Source: Candidatus Omnitrophota bacterium
GTDB lineage: Bacteria; Omnitrophota; Gorgyraeia; JABMRN01; RBG-13-46-9
Reading direction: 5' to 3'
NCBI GenBank assembly: GCA_016782445.1
Contig: JADHYM010000001.1
Span: 10,212-74,211, forward strand
DNA: 64,000 nt
Shown here: positions 28,960 through 38,928 of the stretch, piece after piece
How positions within the stretch are numbered: the stretch's first letter is position 1
How the letters are laid out: the number at the start of each line of letters is the position of its first letter
Notes under the pieces: model-generated
What the model saw: only the letters and a program-made list of their open reading frames with translations
Databases searched by the model: none
What the model was told of the DNA's origin: nothing
Made by a program: the position numbers and the translations under genes

Positions 28960-30545
28960 TTTTGTTTCCTTTCCCTTATAACGCTTACCGTGTACAGAAT
29001 CATAACAAGCGCGATCGAGGCCCAGCTGAATACGTCTCCAAATCTTGTATAAAAAGTGCGGTAAAATGAAGGGCGTATCCCGCCGATGCAAAAGCCCTCC
29101 ACAAAAATCTTGTCTTTGTCTACCTCTACGTATTTCACAACTCTCCCCGTACGGTCTATAATACAGGAGACGCCGGTATTCGCGGCGCGCACAAGCGGCA
29201 CCTTGTTTTCAGCCGCACGAAAAATAGAGCCTTCGAGATGCTGGTACGGCGCGCTCGTCTTCCCGAACCAGGCATCATTTGTGATGTTCACGAGGAACCT
29301 CGCGCCCTCCTTCACGAACCTCCGCACATGGTCAGGAAAAATATCCTCAAAGCACACAAGCACGCTGAATCTATAGAAATCCGTTGTCCGTAAAACATGC
29401 CCATTATTCGCACTTGTCGCATTTACAACTCTGAAATTAAAAACCGTGAACTCACTGCCCCGATTGAACTCAGCTATAGGCTTATCGATGTAATCTTTGA
29501 CCCACGCGAGCCTGTCGCCGAAGGGCATGTACTCGCCGAAAAGAACAAGGTGGGACTTGTCGTAATGTTTTTCGATTCCCTTCGCCGGAGACAGGAACAT
29601 GGCGCTATTGAAAACAGCCCCTGCCTCGTCTCTTACGGAACCTACAAGTAAGTGCACGTTGTTCTTATCGACAAAAGATGTGAGGGCTTTTTTGAGGTCC
29701 TTTTCCTCCGCGAGATACCCAGGCACTGCAGTCTCCGGCCACACGAGTAGCCCGGGCTTTTTCGAAAGCGCTTTCTCTGAAAGCCTTACGTATTGCCGCA
29801 TTATGGAATTTCTGAAGGCAGGGTCCCATTTTTCGCCTTGCGGAATATTTCCCTGCACCGATGCCACGCGTAACTCGCTCGCCGGATAGTGCCTCTTTAT
29901 TACATATTCCCCGTATAAAATATTAAATGCGTAGATCATCAATGCGAAAAATAGCACGTAGAAACGGCCTTCGCGTTTTCGGATCGCTTTATAAACTGAA
30001 AAATTTATAAGCACTATGAGAAATGAAACGCCGTATGGCCCCGTTATATCGGAGATCTGTATTGTTGGAATATTATAAGACTGGGAGTAGCCCAGGAGTG
30101 CCCACGGAAAACCGGTCAGAAAATGTGAGCGCATGTATTCGGTAAAAATCCAGGCAGCCGGCACAAAAACGAAGGATGAAAGACGAGAAACGAGGGACGA
30201 GCTGCATAGCGCTGAAAATATCGCCGGCGCAAGCGCAAGAAGAATTACAAGAATCAGCGCGCCCGGTACGCTTATCTTAAAAAGCCAATATAAAATTGCG
30301 CCGAAGAACAGGAACCCGTAAAAATATCCCAGCGTAAATCTTTTTTTGGTATCTTGATTTTCTATGGCGAAAAAAAACGGTATGAAAGAAAACCACGCCA
30401 GAAATCCTATATTAAAAGGTGGGTAACATAATATAAGGCAAGCTGCTGATACGGCAATCAATATCGACCTGTAACCTGAAACCTGCAACCTGAAACCTGA
30501 ACTTACTTCCCGCAGCACTTCTTGTACTTCTTCCCGCTCCCGCAC
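28956..30545 (-). CDS. lnt: apolipoprotein N-acyltransferase
   Basis: N-terminal polytopic membrane domain and a C-terminal CN-hydrolase domain (E/K/C triad region VLVCFEDIF). The 5' end is uncertain because the first codons lie in a heptamer repeat that overlaps the secA stop. Confidence 0.8.
   Translation of the reverse strand: MREREEVQEVLREVSSGFRLQVSGYRSILIAVSAACLILCYPPFNIGFLAWFSFIPFFFAIENQDTKKRFTLGYFYGFLFFGAILYWLFKISVPGALILVILLALAPAIFSALCSSSLVSRLSSFVFVPAAWIFTEYMRSHFLTGFPWALLGYSQSYNIPTIQISDITGPYGVSFLIVLINFSVYKAIRKREGRFYVLFFALMIYAFNILYGEYVIKRHYPASELRVASVQGNIPQGEKWDPAFRNSIMRQYVRLSEKALSKKPGLLVWPETAVPGYLAEEKDLKKALTSFVDKNNVHLLVGSVRDEAGAVFNSAMFLSPAKGIEKHYDKSHLVLFGEYMPFGDRLAWVKDYIDKPIAEFNRGSEFTVFNFRVVNATSANNGHVLRTTDFYRFSVLVCFEDIFPDHVRRFVKEGARFLVNITNDAWFGKTSAPYQHLEGSIFRAAENKVPLVRAANTGVSCIIDRTGRVVKYVEVDKDKIFVEGFCIGGIRPSFYRTFYTRFGDVFSWASIALVMILYTVSVIRERKQK
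30467..30503. repeat. heptanucleotide tandem repeat (CCTGNAA x5) at the secA stop / lnt 5' end
   Basis: ACCTGTAACCTGAAACCTGCAACCTGAAACCTGAACTT. Confidence 0.8.
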
Positions 30546-33500
30546 GGACAGGGGTCGTTCCGCCCGACTTTAGGGTCCTGACGCTGGTATGTCTCGTCAC
30601 GGCCCGGGCCGGTTGCAGCCATGGGTTTTGGTCCATGCTCCGCGTCTTGAGGCAGGATTCCGTCGAGCCCCGGAGCTTCCTCGTGTATAAACGTTTCCTT
30701 GTCGCGCTTAAAAACGCCGGATTTAAGGCGCTCCTCAACAGCAAACGTTTTAAAAAGTCTTTCCGTAATATCTTCGTCGATCGTTTTTATGAGCTCCGAG
30801 AACATCGCAAACGCCTCGCGCTGGTATTCGACTAAAGGATCACGCTGGCCGTACGAGCGCCACGATATGCCCTCTCTCAAGCTGTCAATACTTTCTAAGT
30901 AGTCCTTCCAGTTTGAATCAATGATGCCAAGCATTATCATTTTTTCCAGGGCGCGGGTTTTTTCCTCACCCAGTATTTGCTCCTTCGTGGCGTAGAGGTG
31001 CTTGGCGTGTGACATAACTTTCGCTATTATTTGCTCCTTCGCAAGGCCGGAAATCTCATCCGCGTGAAGATTGATCAGAAACTTAAAGCGAATCTTTTTT
31101 AAAAAAGCCTCTGACTCTTCTTCCTCGTTATTAAGCTGCTGGAGCCACTCGGAAAGCACTTCCTCTAGTATCAGGAACGCCTCTTCTTTAAGATTGTCCT
31201 CGAATATTACGTTACGGCGGCGCGCATAAATAAGCTCTCTCTGCTGATTCATCACGTCGTCGTATTTCAAGAGGTGCTTTCTCATTTCAAAGTTCTGGGT
31301 TTCCACTCTTTTCTGGGCAGTGCTTATGGCACGCGTTATTAAGGGGTGCGCTATGTCCTGACCCTCTTCCATGCCGAGCCGCTCCATGATAAGTTTTATC
31401 CTGTCGGATCCGAAAATACGCATGAGGTCATCCTCGAGAGAAAGGTAAAACCTGGACGAGCCCGGGTCGCCCTGGCGGCCCGAACGGCCCCTTAGCTGAT
31501 TATCAACGCGTCTCGATTCGTGGCGCTCGGTCCCGATTACATGCAGGCCCCCGAGCCCTACCACTTTATTGTGCTCTTCTTCTGTCTTTTTTCTGTATTC
31601 TGCCAGATACTTCTCTTTAACCGCGAGCCGTTCAGTTTGCGATTCTATTTCCAGTTTGCCGAGGGAGTCCTCCGCGAGATAATCCGCGTTGCCCCCCAAA
31701 AGTATGTCGGTTCCGCGGCCGGCCATGTTAGTGGCAATCGTGACGCCCTTGAAACGGCCCGCCTGGGCGACTATATGAGCTTCCATCTCGTGGTATTTCG
31801 CGTTCAGCACGTAGTGCGGGACACCGCGTTTTTTCAAAAGCTCACCCAGGTTCTCTGATCTCTCTATCGAGATCGTTCCCACAAGAACGGGCGTTCCTGC
31901 CTCGTTTAGCTTCGCTATCTCATCGCAGATAGCGTTAAATTTCTCTCTTTCCGTTTTATAGATCACATCCGCGTAGTTGGTTCTCTTTAAGGGCTTATTC
32001 GTAGGCACGATGACTACCTCAAGCCCGTAAATATTCTCAAACTCCGAGGCCTCGGTAGCGGCCGTGCCGGTCATGCCGGAGAGTTTGTCATACATCCTGA
32101 AAAAATTCTGAAGAGTAATAGTCGCAAGGGTCTGCGATTCGCGCTGGACCTCGAGTGACTCCTTTGCCTCTATCGCCTCGTGTATCCCGTCGGAATAGCG
32201 CCTACCGGGCATCATGCGGCCGGTAAACTCATCCACGATGACTATTTTATTTTCATTGATAACGTAATCCACGTCCTTCCGGAAAAGGACGTATGCCTTC
32301 AAAAGCTGCTTTATGCTGTCGACGCGCATGGTCTTCTGGGAATAATCAGTGGTTACCTCGCTTTCCTTCACGAGTTTTTCTTCCGGCGAAAGGCCCGCAT
32401 CCCCTGAAATTTGCGAAAGCCGCACCTCCATGTCTTCTATTATGAACTCAACCCCGAATTTCTGCTGCATTACGTCTTCGCCTTTGGAGGTAAAGGTAAC
32501 CTCGCGCGTTTTCTCGTCAAAAACAAAATAGAGCTTTTCGAGAAGTTCAAGGCGCTCCTTTTCCATGAGCTTGGAGTCGTAGGTCGTAACGGCCTTGTCA
32601 AAAAGGCTTTTTATCTTGGTATCCTTTAAAACGAGCTCAAGAAAATCCCTTTCTTTCGGCGAGCCCTTATGTATTATATATAGGAGATGCTTTGCTTTTT
32701 CTTGATCCTTCTCAAGCTCCGCTTTAAGCTCTGAAAGAAGATCCCGGATGAGATTCTTCTGAAGCCTCGAAATATGATCAACTACGGGCTTCATCTCGAC
32801 ATAAGAGGTGTTGAGATTTTCAGTCGGGCCGGATATTATAAGCGGGGTGCGCGATTCATCCACGAGGATGCTGTCGACCTCGTCAACTATCGCGAAATGA
32901 AAACCCCTCTGAACTACGTCGGCTTTCTCGATGACCATGTTATCCCTTAAATAATCAAACCCGAATTCGTTGTTTGTCCCGTAAGTTATGTCCGAGGCGT
33001 ATTCTTTTTTTCGCGCCATAGGCGACATGTCGTGCTGTATGACGCCGACAGAGAGCCCTAGAAATTCAAAAAGCGGCCCCATCCAGTTCCTGTCGCGACG
33101 CGCCAGGTAATCGTTTACAGTAACTATGTGAATGCCCTTTCCGGTCAGGGCATTAAGGTACGCCGGAAGCGTCGCAACAAGCGTTTTTCCTTCGCCGGTC
33201 GCCATCTCCGCGATCTTCCCCTCATGTATTACGAGCCCGCCTGCAAGCTGGACGTCGAAATGCCGCATTTTTAATACCCGTTTTGAGACCTCCCTGACGA
33301 CAGCAAATGCCTCGGGTAAAACCTCCTCAAAAACTTTCCCTCTTAAAATTTTAAGTTTTTTCTTTAGCTTGTCTTTTTCCTGCCGGAACGAGGACTCCTC
33401 AAACCTCGACTGGAGTGCGCCTATCTCGCTTTTGAGCGACTCGGATTTTTCGTATATCTTCTTTTTGAATTCGTCGGTTTTCTTGCCGAGCGCATCATCC

Positions 33501-33610
33501 GAAAGGGCGGATACCGCTTTCTCGAACGAATTTATCTTCGCCACCACCGGCTTAAGCCGCGCGAGCTCTTTTGTATTATGCGACCCTATTATTTTGTTAA
33601 GGATATTCAC
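30503..33610 (-). CDS. secA: preprotein translocase ATPase SecA
   Basis: DEAD-like motor domains, and a C-terminal zinc-binding tail CPCGSGKKYKKCCG. Confidence 0.95.
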   Translation of the reverse strand: MNILNKIIGSHNTKELARLKPVVAKINSFEKAVSALSDDALGKKTDEFKKKIYEKSESLKSEIGALQSRFEESSFRQEKDKLKKKLKILRGKVFEEVLPEAFAVVREVSKRVLKMRHFDVQLAGGLVIHEGKIAEMATGEGKTLVATLPAYLNALTGKGIHIVTVNDYLARRDRNWMGPLFEFLGLSVGVIQHDMSPMARKKEYASDITYGTNNEFGFDYLRDNMVIEKADVVQRGFHFAIVDEVDSILVDESRTPLIISGPTENLNTSYVEMKPVVDHISRLQKNLIRDLLSELKAELEKDQEKAKHLLYIIHKGSPKERDFLELVLKDTKIKSLFDKAVTTYDSKLMEKERLELLEKLYFVFDEKTREVTFTSKGEDVMQQKFGVEFIIEDMEVRLSQISGDAGLSPEEKLVKESEVTTDYSQKTMRVDSIKQLLKAYVLFRKDVDYVINENKIVIVDEFTGRMMPGRRYSDGIHEAIEAKESLEVQRESQTLATITLQNFFRMYDKLSGMTGTAATEASEFENIYGLEVVIVPTNKPLKRTNYADVIYKTEREKFNAICDEIAKLNEAGTPVLVGTISIERSENLGELLKKRGVPHYVLNAKYHEMEAHIVAQAGRFKGVTIATNMAGRGTDILLGGNADYLAEDSLGKLEIESQTERLAVKEKYLAEYRKKTEEEHNKVVGLGGLHVIGTERHESRRVDNQLRGRSGRQGDPGSSRFYLSLEDDLMRIFGSDRIKLIMERLGMEEGQDIAHPLITRAISTAQKRVETQNFEMRKHLLKYDDVMNQQRELIYARRRNVIFEDNLKEEAFLILEEVLSEWLQQLNNEEEESEAFLKKIRFKFLINLHADEISGLAKEQIIAKVMSHAKHLYATKEQILGEEKTRALEKMIMLGIIDSNWKDYLESIDSLREGISWRSYGQRDPLVEYQREAFAMFSELIKTIDEDITERLFKTFAVEERLKSGVFKRDKETFIHEEAPGLDGILPQDAEHGPKPMAATGPGRDETYQRQDPKVGRNDPCPCGSGKKYKKCCGK

Positions 33611-34705
33611 TTTTTCTTGTCGTATCTTAAATACGCCTCTATAAAACCTTCCAGATCCCCGTCAAGAACACTGCCTGAGTTTGAGGTCTCGCAACCGGTC
33701 CTATGGTCCTTCACCATGGAATATGGGTGAAGGACATATGAGCGGATCTGACTTCCCCATTCGATGCGTTTTTTTTCGGACTGTTTTTTTTCAAGCTCTG
33801 ACTTTTTCTTTTTGAGTTCCATTTCGTATATGCGCGATTTCAGCACTTTCATGGCGGTGGACTTATTTTTATATTGCGAGCGCTCGTTCTGGCACTGGGC
33901 AATGATGCCGGTCGGAAGGTGCGTTATCCTGACCGCTGAATCGGTTACGTTTACATGCTGGCCGCCCCGGCCCCCGGCGCGATAGGTGTCGATCTTCAGC
34001 TCATCCGGCTTTATGTCCACTTTTATCTCCTCGTTTATCTCGGGCACGACGTCGACTGAGGCGAAGGATGTATGGCGGCGCTTGTTCGCGTCAAAAGGCG
34101 AGATCCTCACCAGCCTGTGCACGCCCCGCTCGCCCTTCAGGTACCCGTAAGCGAATTCTCCTTTTATTACGAAAGTCACGCTTTTAATGCCGGCCTCTTC
34201 TCCGGCGAGATAATCCACACGCTCGATTGCATAGCCTTTCGAATCGGACCACTTGGTATACATTCTGAAAAGCATGCCGGCCCAGTCGCAGGATTCAGTG
34301 CCTCCGGCGCCCGCGTTTATGCTTAAAATGGCGTTAAGCGAGTCTCCCTCCTCGCCCAGAAGGCAGTTGAATTCGAATTTATCCAGCTTTTTTTGAACAG
34401 CGCTTAATTCTTCGCCGAGGTGCCGAAGGGAAGGCTCGTCGTTCGCATCGGTTATTTCAAGAAACTCTTCCGTTTCCTTTAATTTGGATAAAAGCGAAAG
34501 AAAAGGATCTACTGATTGTTTTAACGATTTGAGCTCTTTTAGCGTGGCGTTGGCCCTCGTGCGGTCGTTCCAGAAACCCTGTTCGGCTATGCGGCCTTCA
34601 AGCTCTTTGATCTTACTCTTTTTTTTATCCGGGTCAAAGATAGCCTCCTAAGGTGTTTAACCTCGTTCGAAGATCTTTAAGCCGATCCTTTATATTTTCA
34701 GACAT
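33607..34705 (-). CDS. prfB: peptide chain release factor 2 with programmed +1 ribosomal frameshift
   Basis: Frame 0 reads MSENIKDRLKDLRTRLNTLGGYL then UGA. The site is AGGAGGCUAUCUUUGAC (TGA at 34634-34636 on the complementary strand), with an SD-like AGGAGG three nt upstream of CUU UGA C. The +1 frame continues ...DPDKKKSKIKELEGRIAEQGFWNDR... through to the SPF and GGQ motifs. Confidence 0.9.
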
Positions 34706-34785
34706 GTTTGTCGCTCCATTATTAATATTACCATGTGATTATACTAAATACTTATACGGAGGTCAAGGGGTTATGATTGTGTTGT

Positions 34786-34901
34786 GCGGTTGCGGTGGCG
34801 TCGCGGGAAACGACTGCGTCAATCGGTTGCGTGCATAAAAAACCGCAGCCGTCCAACGACCGACGTTTCGCGCGACGCAACCGATCAGCGCAACCGCAAC
34901 C
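34786..34901. repeat. GC-rich roughly 120-bp dyad-symmetric element (family copy A)
   Basis: GCGGTTGCGGTGGCGTCGCGGGAAACGAC...GTCGTTTCGCGCGACGCAACCGATCAGCGCAACCGCAACC; the two halves are mutually complementary. Copies at 56993-57118 and a partial one at 27766-27818. All lie between minus-strand genes. Confidence 0.65.
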
Positions 34902-34923
34902 AAAACTTAGCGATATCTTTCTG

Positions 34924-36174
34924 CTAAAATTTCTTGCTCCCGAACATCTTCTTCTTCCTCAAGAGCTTATGATATGAAATAGCAAAGCGGTGGGCCTCGT
35001 CCCTTATCCTCATTATGAGCATAAGGGCGCGGGAATTCTTTTCTATTTTTAGCGGCTTTCCGCAAGCCTCGGCGTAAAGAAGCTCATGCTCCTTGGCAAT
35101 GCCTATAAGAGGCACGGCCGGCATACCTATTTTTTTAAGCTCATCCTGCGCTACCCCTACGTGGCCCCTGCCCCCGTCGATTATAATAAGGTCGGGAAAT
35201 GGCAGCTTCTCTTTTAGTACGCGCGAATACCTCCTTCTTACGACTTCCCGGATCATGCCATAATCATCTATCCCGCGCGAGGCTTTTATCCTGAAGCGCT
35301 TATATTCGCCATTTCTGGGCCTGCCGCCAAGAAAAGTCACCATAGAACCGACAGCCTCTTTCCCGTGTATATTTGATATGTCGAACGCCTCTATGCGGGA
35401 AGGAAGCCCTTTAAGGCCAAGCGCGTTCTTTAGTTCCCAGAGGTCCTTGTCCAGAGGGGGCGCGCCTTTTCTGCCGCTCCACATGTGGCCGAGGGCCTCT
35501 ATTTTATCCCTTAGAAAAATCGCCTTCTCGTAATCAAGCCTCCCGGAAGCTCGCTTCATACGGGCCGAAAGCCGCTTTACCAAACCTTCTTTTCTTCCGT
35601 TGAGAAAAAATCGCAGGTCCCCGGCAAGTTTCCTGTAATCTTTTTCCGAGATTCTTCCGATACAGGGCGCGGCGCACCGCCCGAGGTGGGCCTTAAGGCA
35701 CGCTTTTCCGGGCAAAGATTCACATGTCCTTATGCCAAAAACGCCGGATACGAGGGATACGGCTTTCCGCAAAAGGTGCGCGCTCGTATACGGGCCGAAA
35801 TAGCGGGAGGTATCTTTTTTCTTCCTCCTCGTAACATAAATACCGGGAAACCTCTCACCTATCGTAAGTTTTAAAAACGGGTAGGACTTATCATCTCTCA
35901 ACTCTATGTTGTATTTCGGCTTTTTTTCTTTTATGAGGATGGCTTCGTAGATCAGCGCTTCCGCGCTTGAGGGCGTTTTTAAATAATTCACGCCTTTTAT
36001 GTTTTCCACAAGCGCTTTTATGCGCGGGGGGTGGTATTTTTTTTGAAAATAACTCGACACGCGCTTTTTGAGGTTTGACGCCTTGCCTACGTAGAGAACC
36101 TCTTTGTTTTTACCAAAAAAGACGTAAACGCCGGGCGTGACAGGCAGGCTTAAAAGCGTTTTTTTGATATCCAT
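34924..36174 (-). CDS. uvrC: excinuclease ABC subunit C-like protein (short form lacking the C-terminal HhH)
   Basis: GIY-YIG domain (GVYVFFGKNKEVLYVGKA), UvrC Cys motif, UVR domain and an RNase H-like endonuclease domain; 416 aa. Confidence 0.75.
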   Translation of the reverse strand: MDIKKTLLSLPVTPGVYVFFGKNKEVLYVGKASNLKKRVSSYFQKKYHPPRIKALVENIKGVNYLKTPSSAEALIYEAILIKEKKPKYNIELRDDKSYPFLKLTIGERFPGIYVTRRKKKDTSRYFGPYTSAHLLRKAVSLVSGVFGIRTCESLPGKACLKAHLGRCAAPCIGRISEKDYRKLAGDLRFFLNGRKEGLVKRLSARMKRASGRLDYEKAIFLRDKIEALGHMWSGRKGAPPLDKDLWELKNALGLKGLPSRIEAFDISNIHGKEAVGSMVTFLGGRPRNGEYKRFRIKASRGIDDYGMIREVVRRRYSRVLKEKLPFPDLIIIDGGRGHVGVAQDELKKIGMPAVPLIGIAKEHELLYAEACGKPLKIEKNSRALMLIMRIRDEAHRFAISYHKLLRKKKMFGSKKF

Positions 36175-37715
36175 GAGAGGGCGTTCTTGATTTCCCCGGC
36201 GCCTATAAAAATAGACATGACCAGATACAGCGCAATGCTTGCGCCTATCGTGCCGACAAGCCCCACAGCGCGCGCGGCCTCACCTCCGCCCAAGCCGGCA
36301 AAGGCCTTAAGCATGAAATGTGCAAAAATGCCCATGGCCAGGCTCGATACGAGTATACTAAGGAACGATTTTATTATTGCACGAGTTCCCACGTCGCCTA
36401 TTTTTTTTCTCAAGCAAATATAAAGCGCGCTAAAGTTAAACAACGCCGCCAGAGACGTAGCTAATGCCAGGCCGCCTATTTTAAGCGGCCACATCAATAT
36501 AAAATTAAACAAAAGGTTTAAAAGAAGCGCTCCCGTCGCGATCTTGACAGGCGTTTTCGTATCGCCCAGCGAGTAAAACGCGTTTACCAGTATCTTTATT
36601 CCGCCGCAGACAAAGAGGCCGAACGAATAGAAAAAAAGTGCTTTCTCCGTTATGAAGGTCGAATAAGAGGTAAATTCGCCCCTCTGAAAAAGAATTTCTA
36701 TAATGGGCCCTCCGAGAACGGCGAGCCCCACGCCGGCCGGCACGAGTATGAAAAATACGGCGCGCAGGGAAAAATTAACCGTGTTCTTAAGCGCGGCTAT
36801 ATCGTTCCTCGCGGCCTCCTCGCTCATCTTGGGAAGCGTCACCGTCGCGAGCGCGATGCCGAATATCGCCAGCGGCAGGTGAAAAAGCCTATAGGAATAC
36901 CAGAGCGCGGCCGGCGCGCCTACGCCTACGATCCACTCGAAGCTCGAAAATATGCTGTCGACTATAACGCTTAGCTGGTGCACTGCCGATCCAAAAAGTC
37001 GCGGCACGAGAAGCCTTCCGATTTTCTTCGCGCCCGGATGCGTAAGTGTAAAATCAAATTTTAGCCGGAACCCTTTTTTATAAAGCGCCCACCCTATAAA
37101 AGCGAGCTGAAGCGTGCCTCCTGCCAGAACCGAAAACGCGAGCCCCTCTATGCCGATTCTCGGGCATAGCCATAAAAGCCCTGAAATCATGGCAATATTA
37201 AGGAGCACCGGCCCCAAAGATGGAGCGGTAAATTCACGTAAGGAATTCAAAACGCTCATGCCATAGGCGAAAAGCCCTATGAGCAATACAAACGGAAAGA
37301 TCATCCGGGTAAGCTTGATCGTGAGCTCGAGCTTGGCAGGCTCTTCGATAAAGCCCGGCGCGATCGCGCGCACGATTATTGGCGCCAAGATCATCCCGGC
37401 GAAGGAAAGCAAGATGAGCACTACGAAAGATATGTTCAGAAGAACCCTCGAAAGCTTCCAGAATTCCTCTTTTGATTTTAAAGAGTTGTATTCGGTCAGG
37501 ACCGGGACTAAAGCGGCGTTGGCCGCGCCTTCGCCCACGAGGTCGCGGAGAAGGTTGGGGATCCTGAAAGCAACCACAAAGGCCTGGGCAAAAGCCGTGG
37601 TGCCAAAAAATGAGGCTATCAATATGTCGCGGATAAAGCCAAAAACACGACTTATAGCCGTGTTTAATCCCACGATTGTCGTCGGTTTTAATAATCTTTT
37701 ATTTGACAAAGACAA
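36150..37715 (-). CDS. murJ: lipid II flippase MurJ
   Basis: MviN/MurJ family with 14 predicted TM helices and an N-terminal consensus (SRVFGFIRD). Confidence 0.85.
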   Translation of the reverse strand: MSLSNKRLLKPTTIVGLNTAISRVFGFIRDILIASFFGTTAFAQAFVVAFRIPNLLRDLVGEGAANAALVPVLTEYNSLKSKEEFWKLSRVLLNISFVVLILLSFAGMILAPIIVRAIAPGFIEEPAKLELTIKLTRMIFPFVLLIGLFAYGMSVLNSLREFTAPSLGPVLLNIAMISGLLWLCPRIGIEGLAFSVLAGGTLQLAFIGWALYKKGFRLKFDFTLTHPGAKKIGRLLVPRLFGSAVHQLSVIVDSIFSSFEWIVGVGAPAALWYSYRLFHLPLAIFGIALATVTLPKMSEEAARNDIAALKNTVNFSLRAVFFILVPAGVGLAVLGGPIIEILFQRGEFTSYSTFITEKALFFYSFGLFVCGGIKILVNAFYSLGDTKTPVKIATGALLLNLLFNFILMWPLKIGGLALATSLAALFNFSALYICLRKKIGDVGTRAIIKSFLSILVSSLAMGIFAHFMLKAFAGLGGGEAARAVGLVGTIGASIALYLVMSIFIGAGEIKNALSWISKKRF

Positions 37716-37740
37716 GCTCCTGTGTTAAAGTATCCCCACT

Positions 37741-37998
37741 ATGCCACAGAAAAAATCCGCAGCAAAAGAGATACGAAAATCGAAGAAGCGCCACCTTAGA
37801 AACACGGGCATAAGATCCGAGCTCCATACCCTTATAAGGAAATTGGAGTCTTTTATCGCCCAGAATAAAAAAGCCGAAGCCACGGAATATTTAAAAATGG
37901 TTTCCGCCAGGCTTCAGCGCGCCGCCCAAAAGGGTGTCATTCATCCGAACAGGGCGTCACGTAAGATTTCGCGCCTTTCAAAAAGACTAGCCACATAA
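37741..37998 (+). CDS. rpsT: 30S ribosomal protein S20
   Basis: 85 aa basic protein; bS20 pattern KSAAK...RHLRN...; divergent from murJ and convergent with holA. Confidence 0.9.
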   Translation: MPQKKSAAKEIRKSKKRHLRNTGIRSELHTLIRKLESFIAQNKKAEATEYLKMVSARLQRAAQKGVIHPNRASRKISRLSKRLAT

Positions 37999-38928
37999 TT
38001 TAATCAGAAGCGTCTCCAAAGACTCCCGAACGGAAAATCTTCCTGATTTTATCGAAAAATCTGCCTCGAGTATCCATTCCGTGCTTTCGGTGATCCTTTT
38101 CATCGTGAAACGGCTTGCCTGCTCCATGGTTTTCCGGGCATATCTCTCGGGCACACCAATGATCCTGGATATTTTATCGGACGCGAAACCCTTACCAAGG
38201 GAACGCGCCTTTGCCAGCACCCTGAACTGCCACGCGAGGCCGTTCAATATGCCATACGGCTTTCCCTCTGTCAAAAGCAGCGAATTCAGGTATTCCAGAG
38301 CCTTTCCGGACTTTTTGGCGATTACAGTATCTACGAGGTCAAACACCGAATGCAGGGGCACGCCGCATGAAACGCTTTCTACTGTCTCAGCTTCTATTAT
38401 CTCTTTCCCGCCCGCGTAGGAAGCTATTTTTCCAATCTCATTTTTAAGCGCCTCGAGCCCGCCGGCGCCCGCGCATTCTTCGAGCATTTCTCGCGCGTCT
38501 TCGGATATTTTCTTTTTATGCCCGGCGCACTCGTTTCTGATCCAGTTGCCAAGCTCTTTTCCCGAGGGTTTTTCAAAGCGTATGGAGCGCGTTTTTTTTG
38601 CAACAGCCGTTAAAAAATCGTCGCGCTTACCCGCATCACTTGTCATGACAACGGTCGTGGACTTAAGAGGAGTGTTCAGGTATTTCAGAATAACTTCTTT
38701 CGATCTTTGCGGAAGTTCGTTCGCATTTTTTATTACTACAAGACGATTTTTTGAGGAAAAAGGCAGTGTTTTAAGTGTGTTGGCAAGCGATTTTGAGTCG
38801 CGGGATTCGCGGTCAAATATTTCGAAATCAATGGAGTTTTGGGCCTCGTCGCCGAGTAACGATTTTCTTAATTTATTGATGAATTCCTGTTTTGAATATT
38901 CTTCGGCCCCTGTCACAAGGTAGTTCAT
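37987..38928 (-). CDS. holA: DNA polymerase III subunit delta
   Basis: Delta-subunit fold; conserved lptE-holA synteny; 313 aa. Confidence 0.7.
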   Translation of the reverse strand: MNYLVTGAEEYSKQEFINKLRKSLLGDEAQNSIDFEIFDRESRDSKSLANTLKTLPFSSKNRLVVIKNANELPQRSKEVILKYLNTPLKSTTVVMTSDAGKRDDFLTAVAKKTRSIRFEKPSGKELGNWIRNECAGHKKKISEDAREMLEECAGAGGLEALKNEIGKIASYAGGKEIIEAETVESVSCGVPLHSVFDLVDTVIAKKSGKALEYLNSLLLTEGKPYGILNGLAWQFRVLAKARSLGKGFASDKISRIIGVPERYARKTMEQASRFTMKRITESTEWILEADFSIKSGRFSVRESLETLLIKLCG

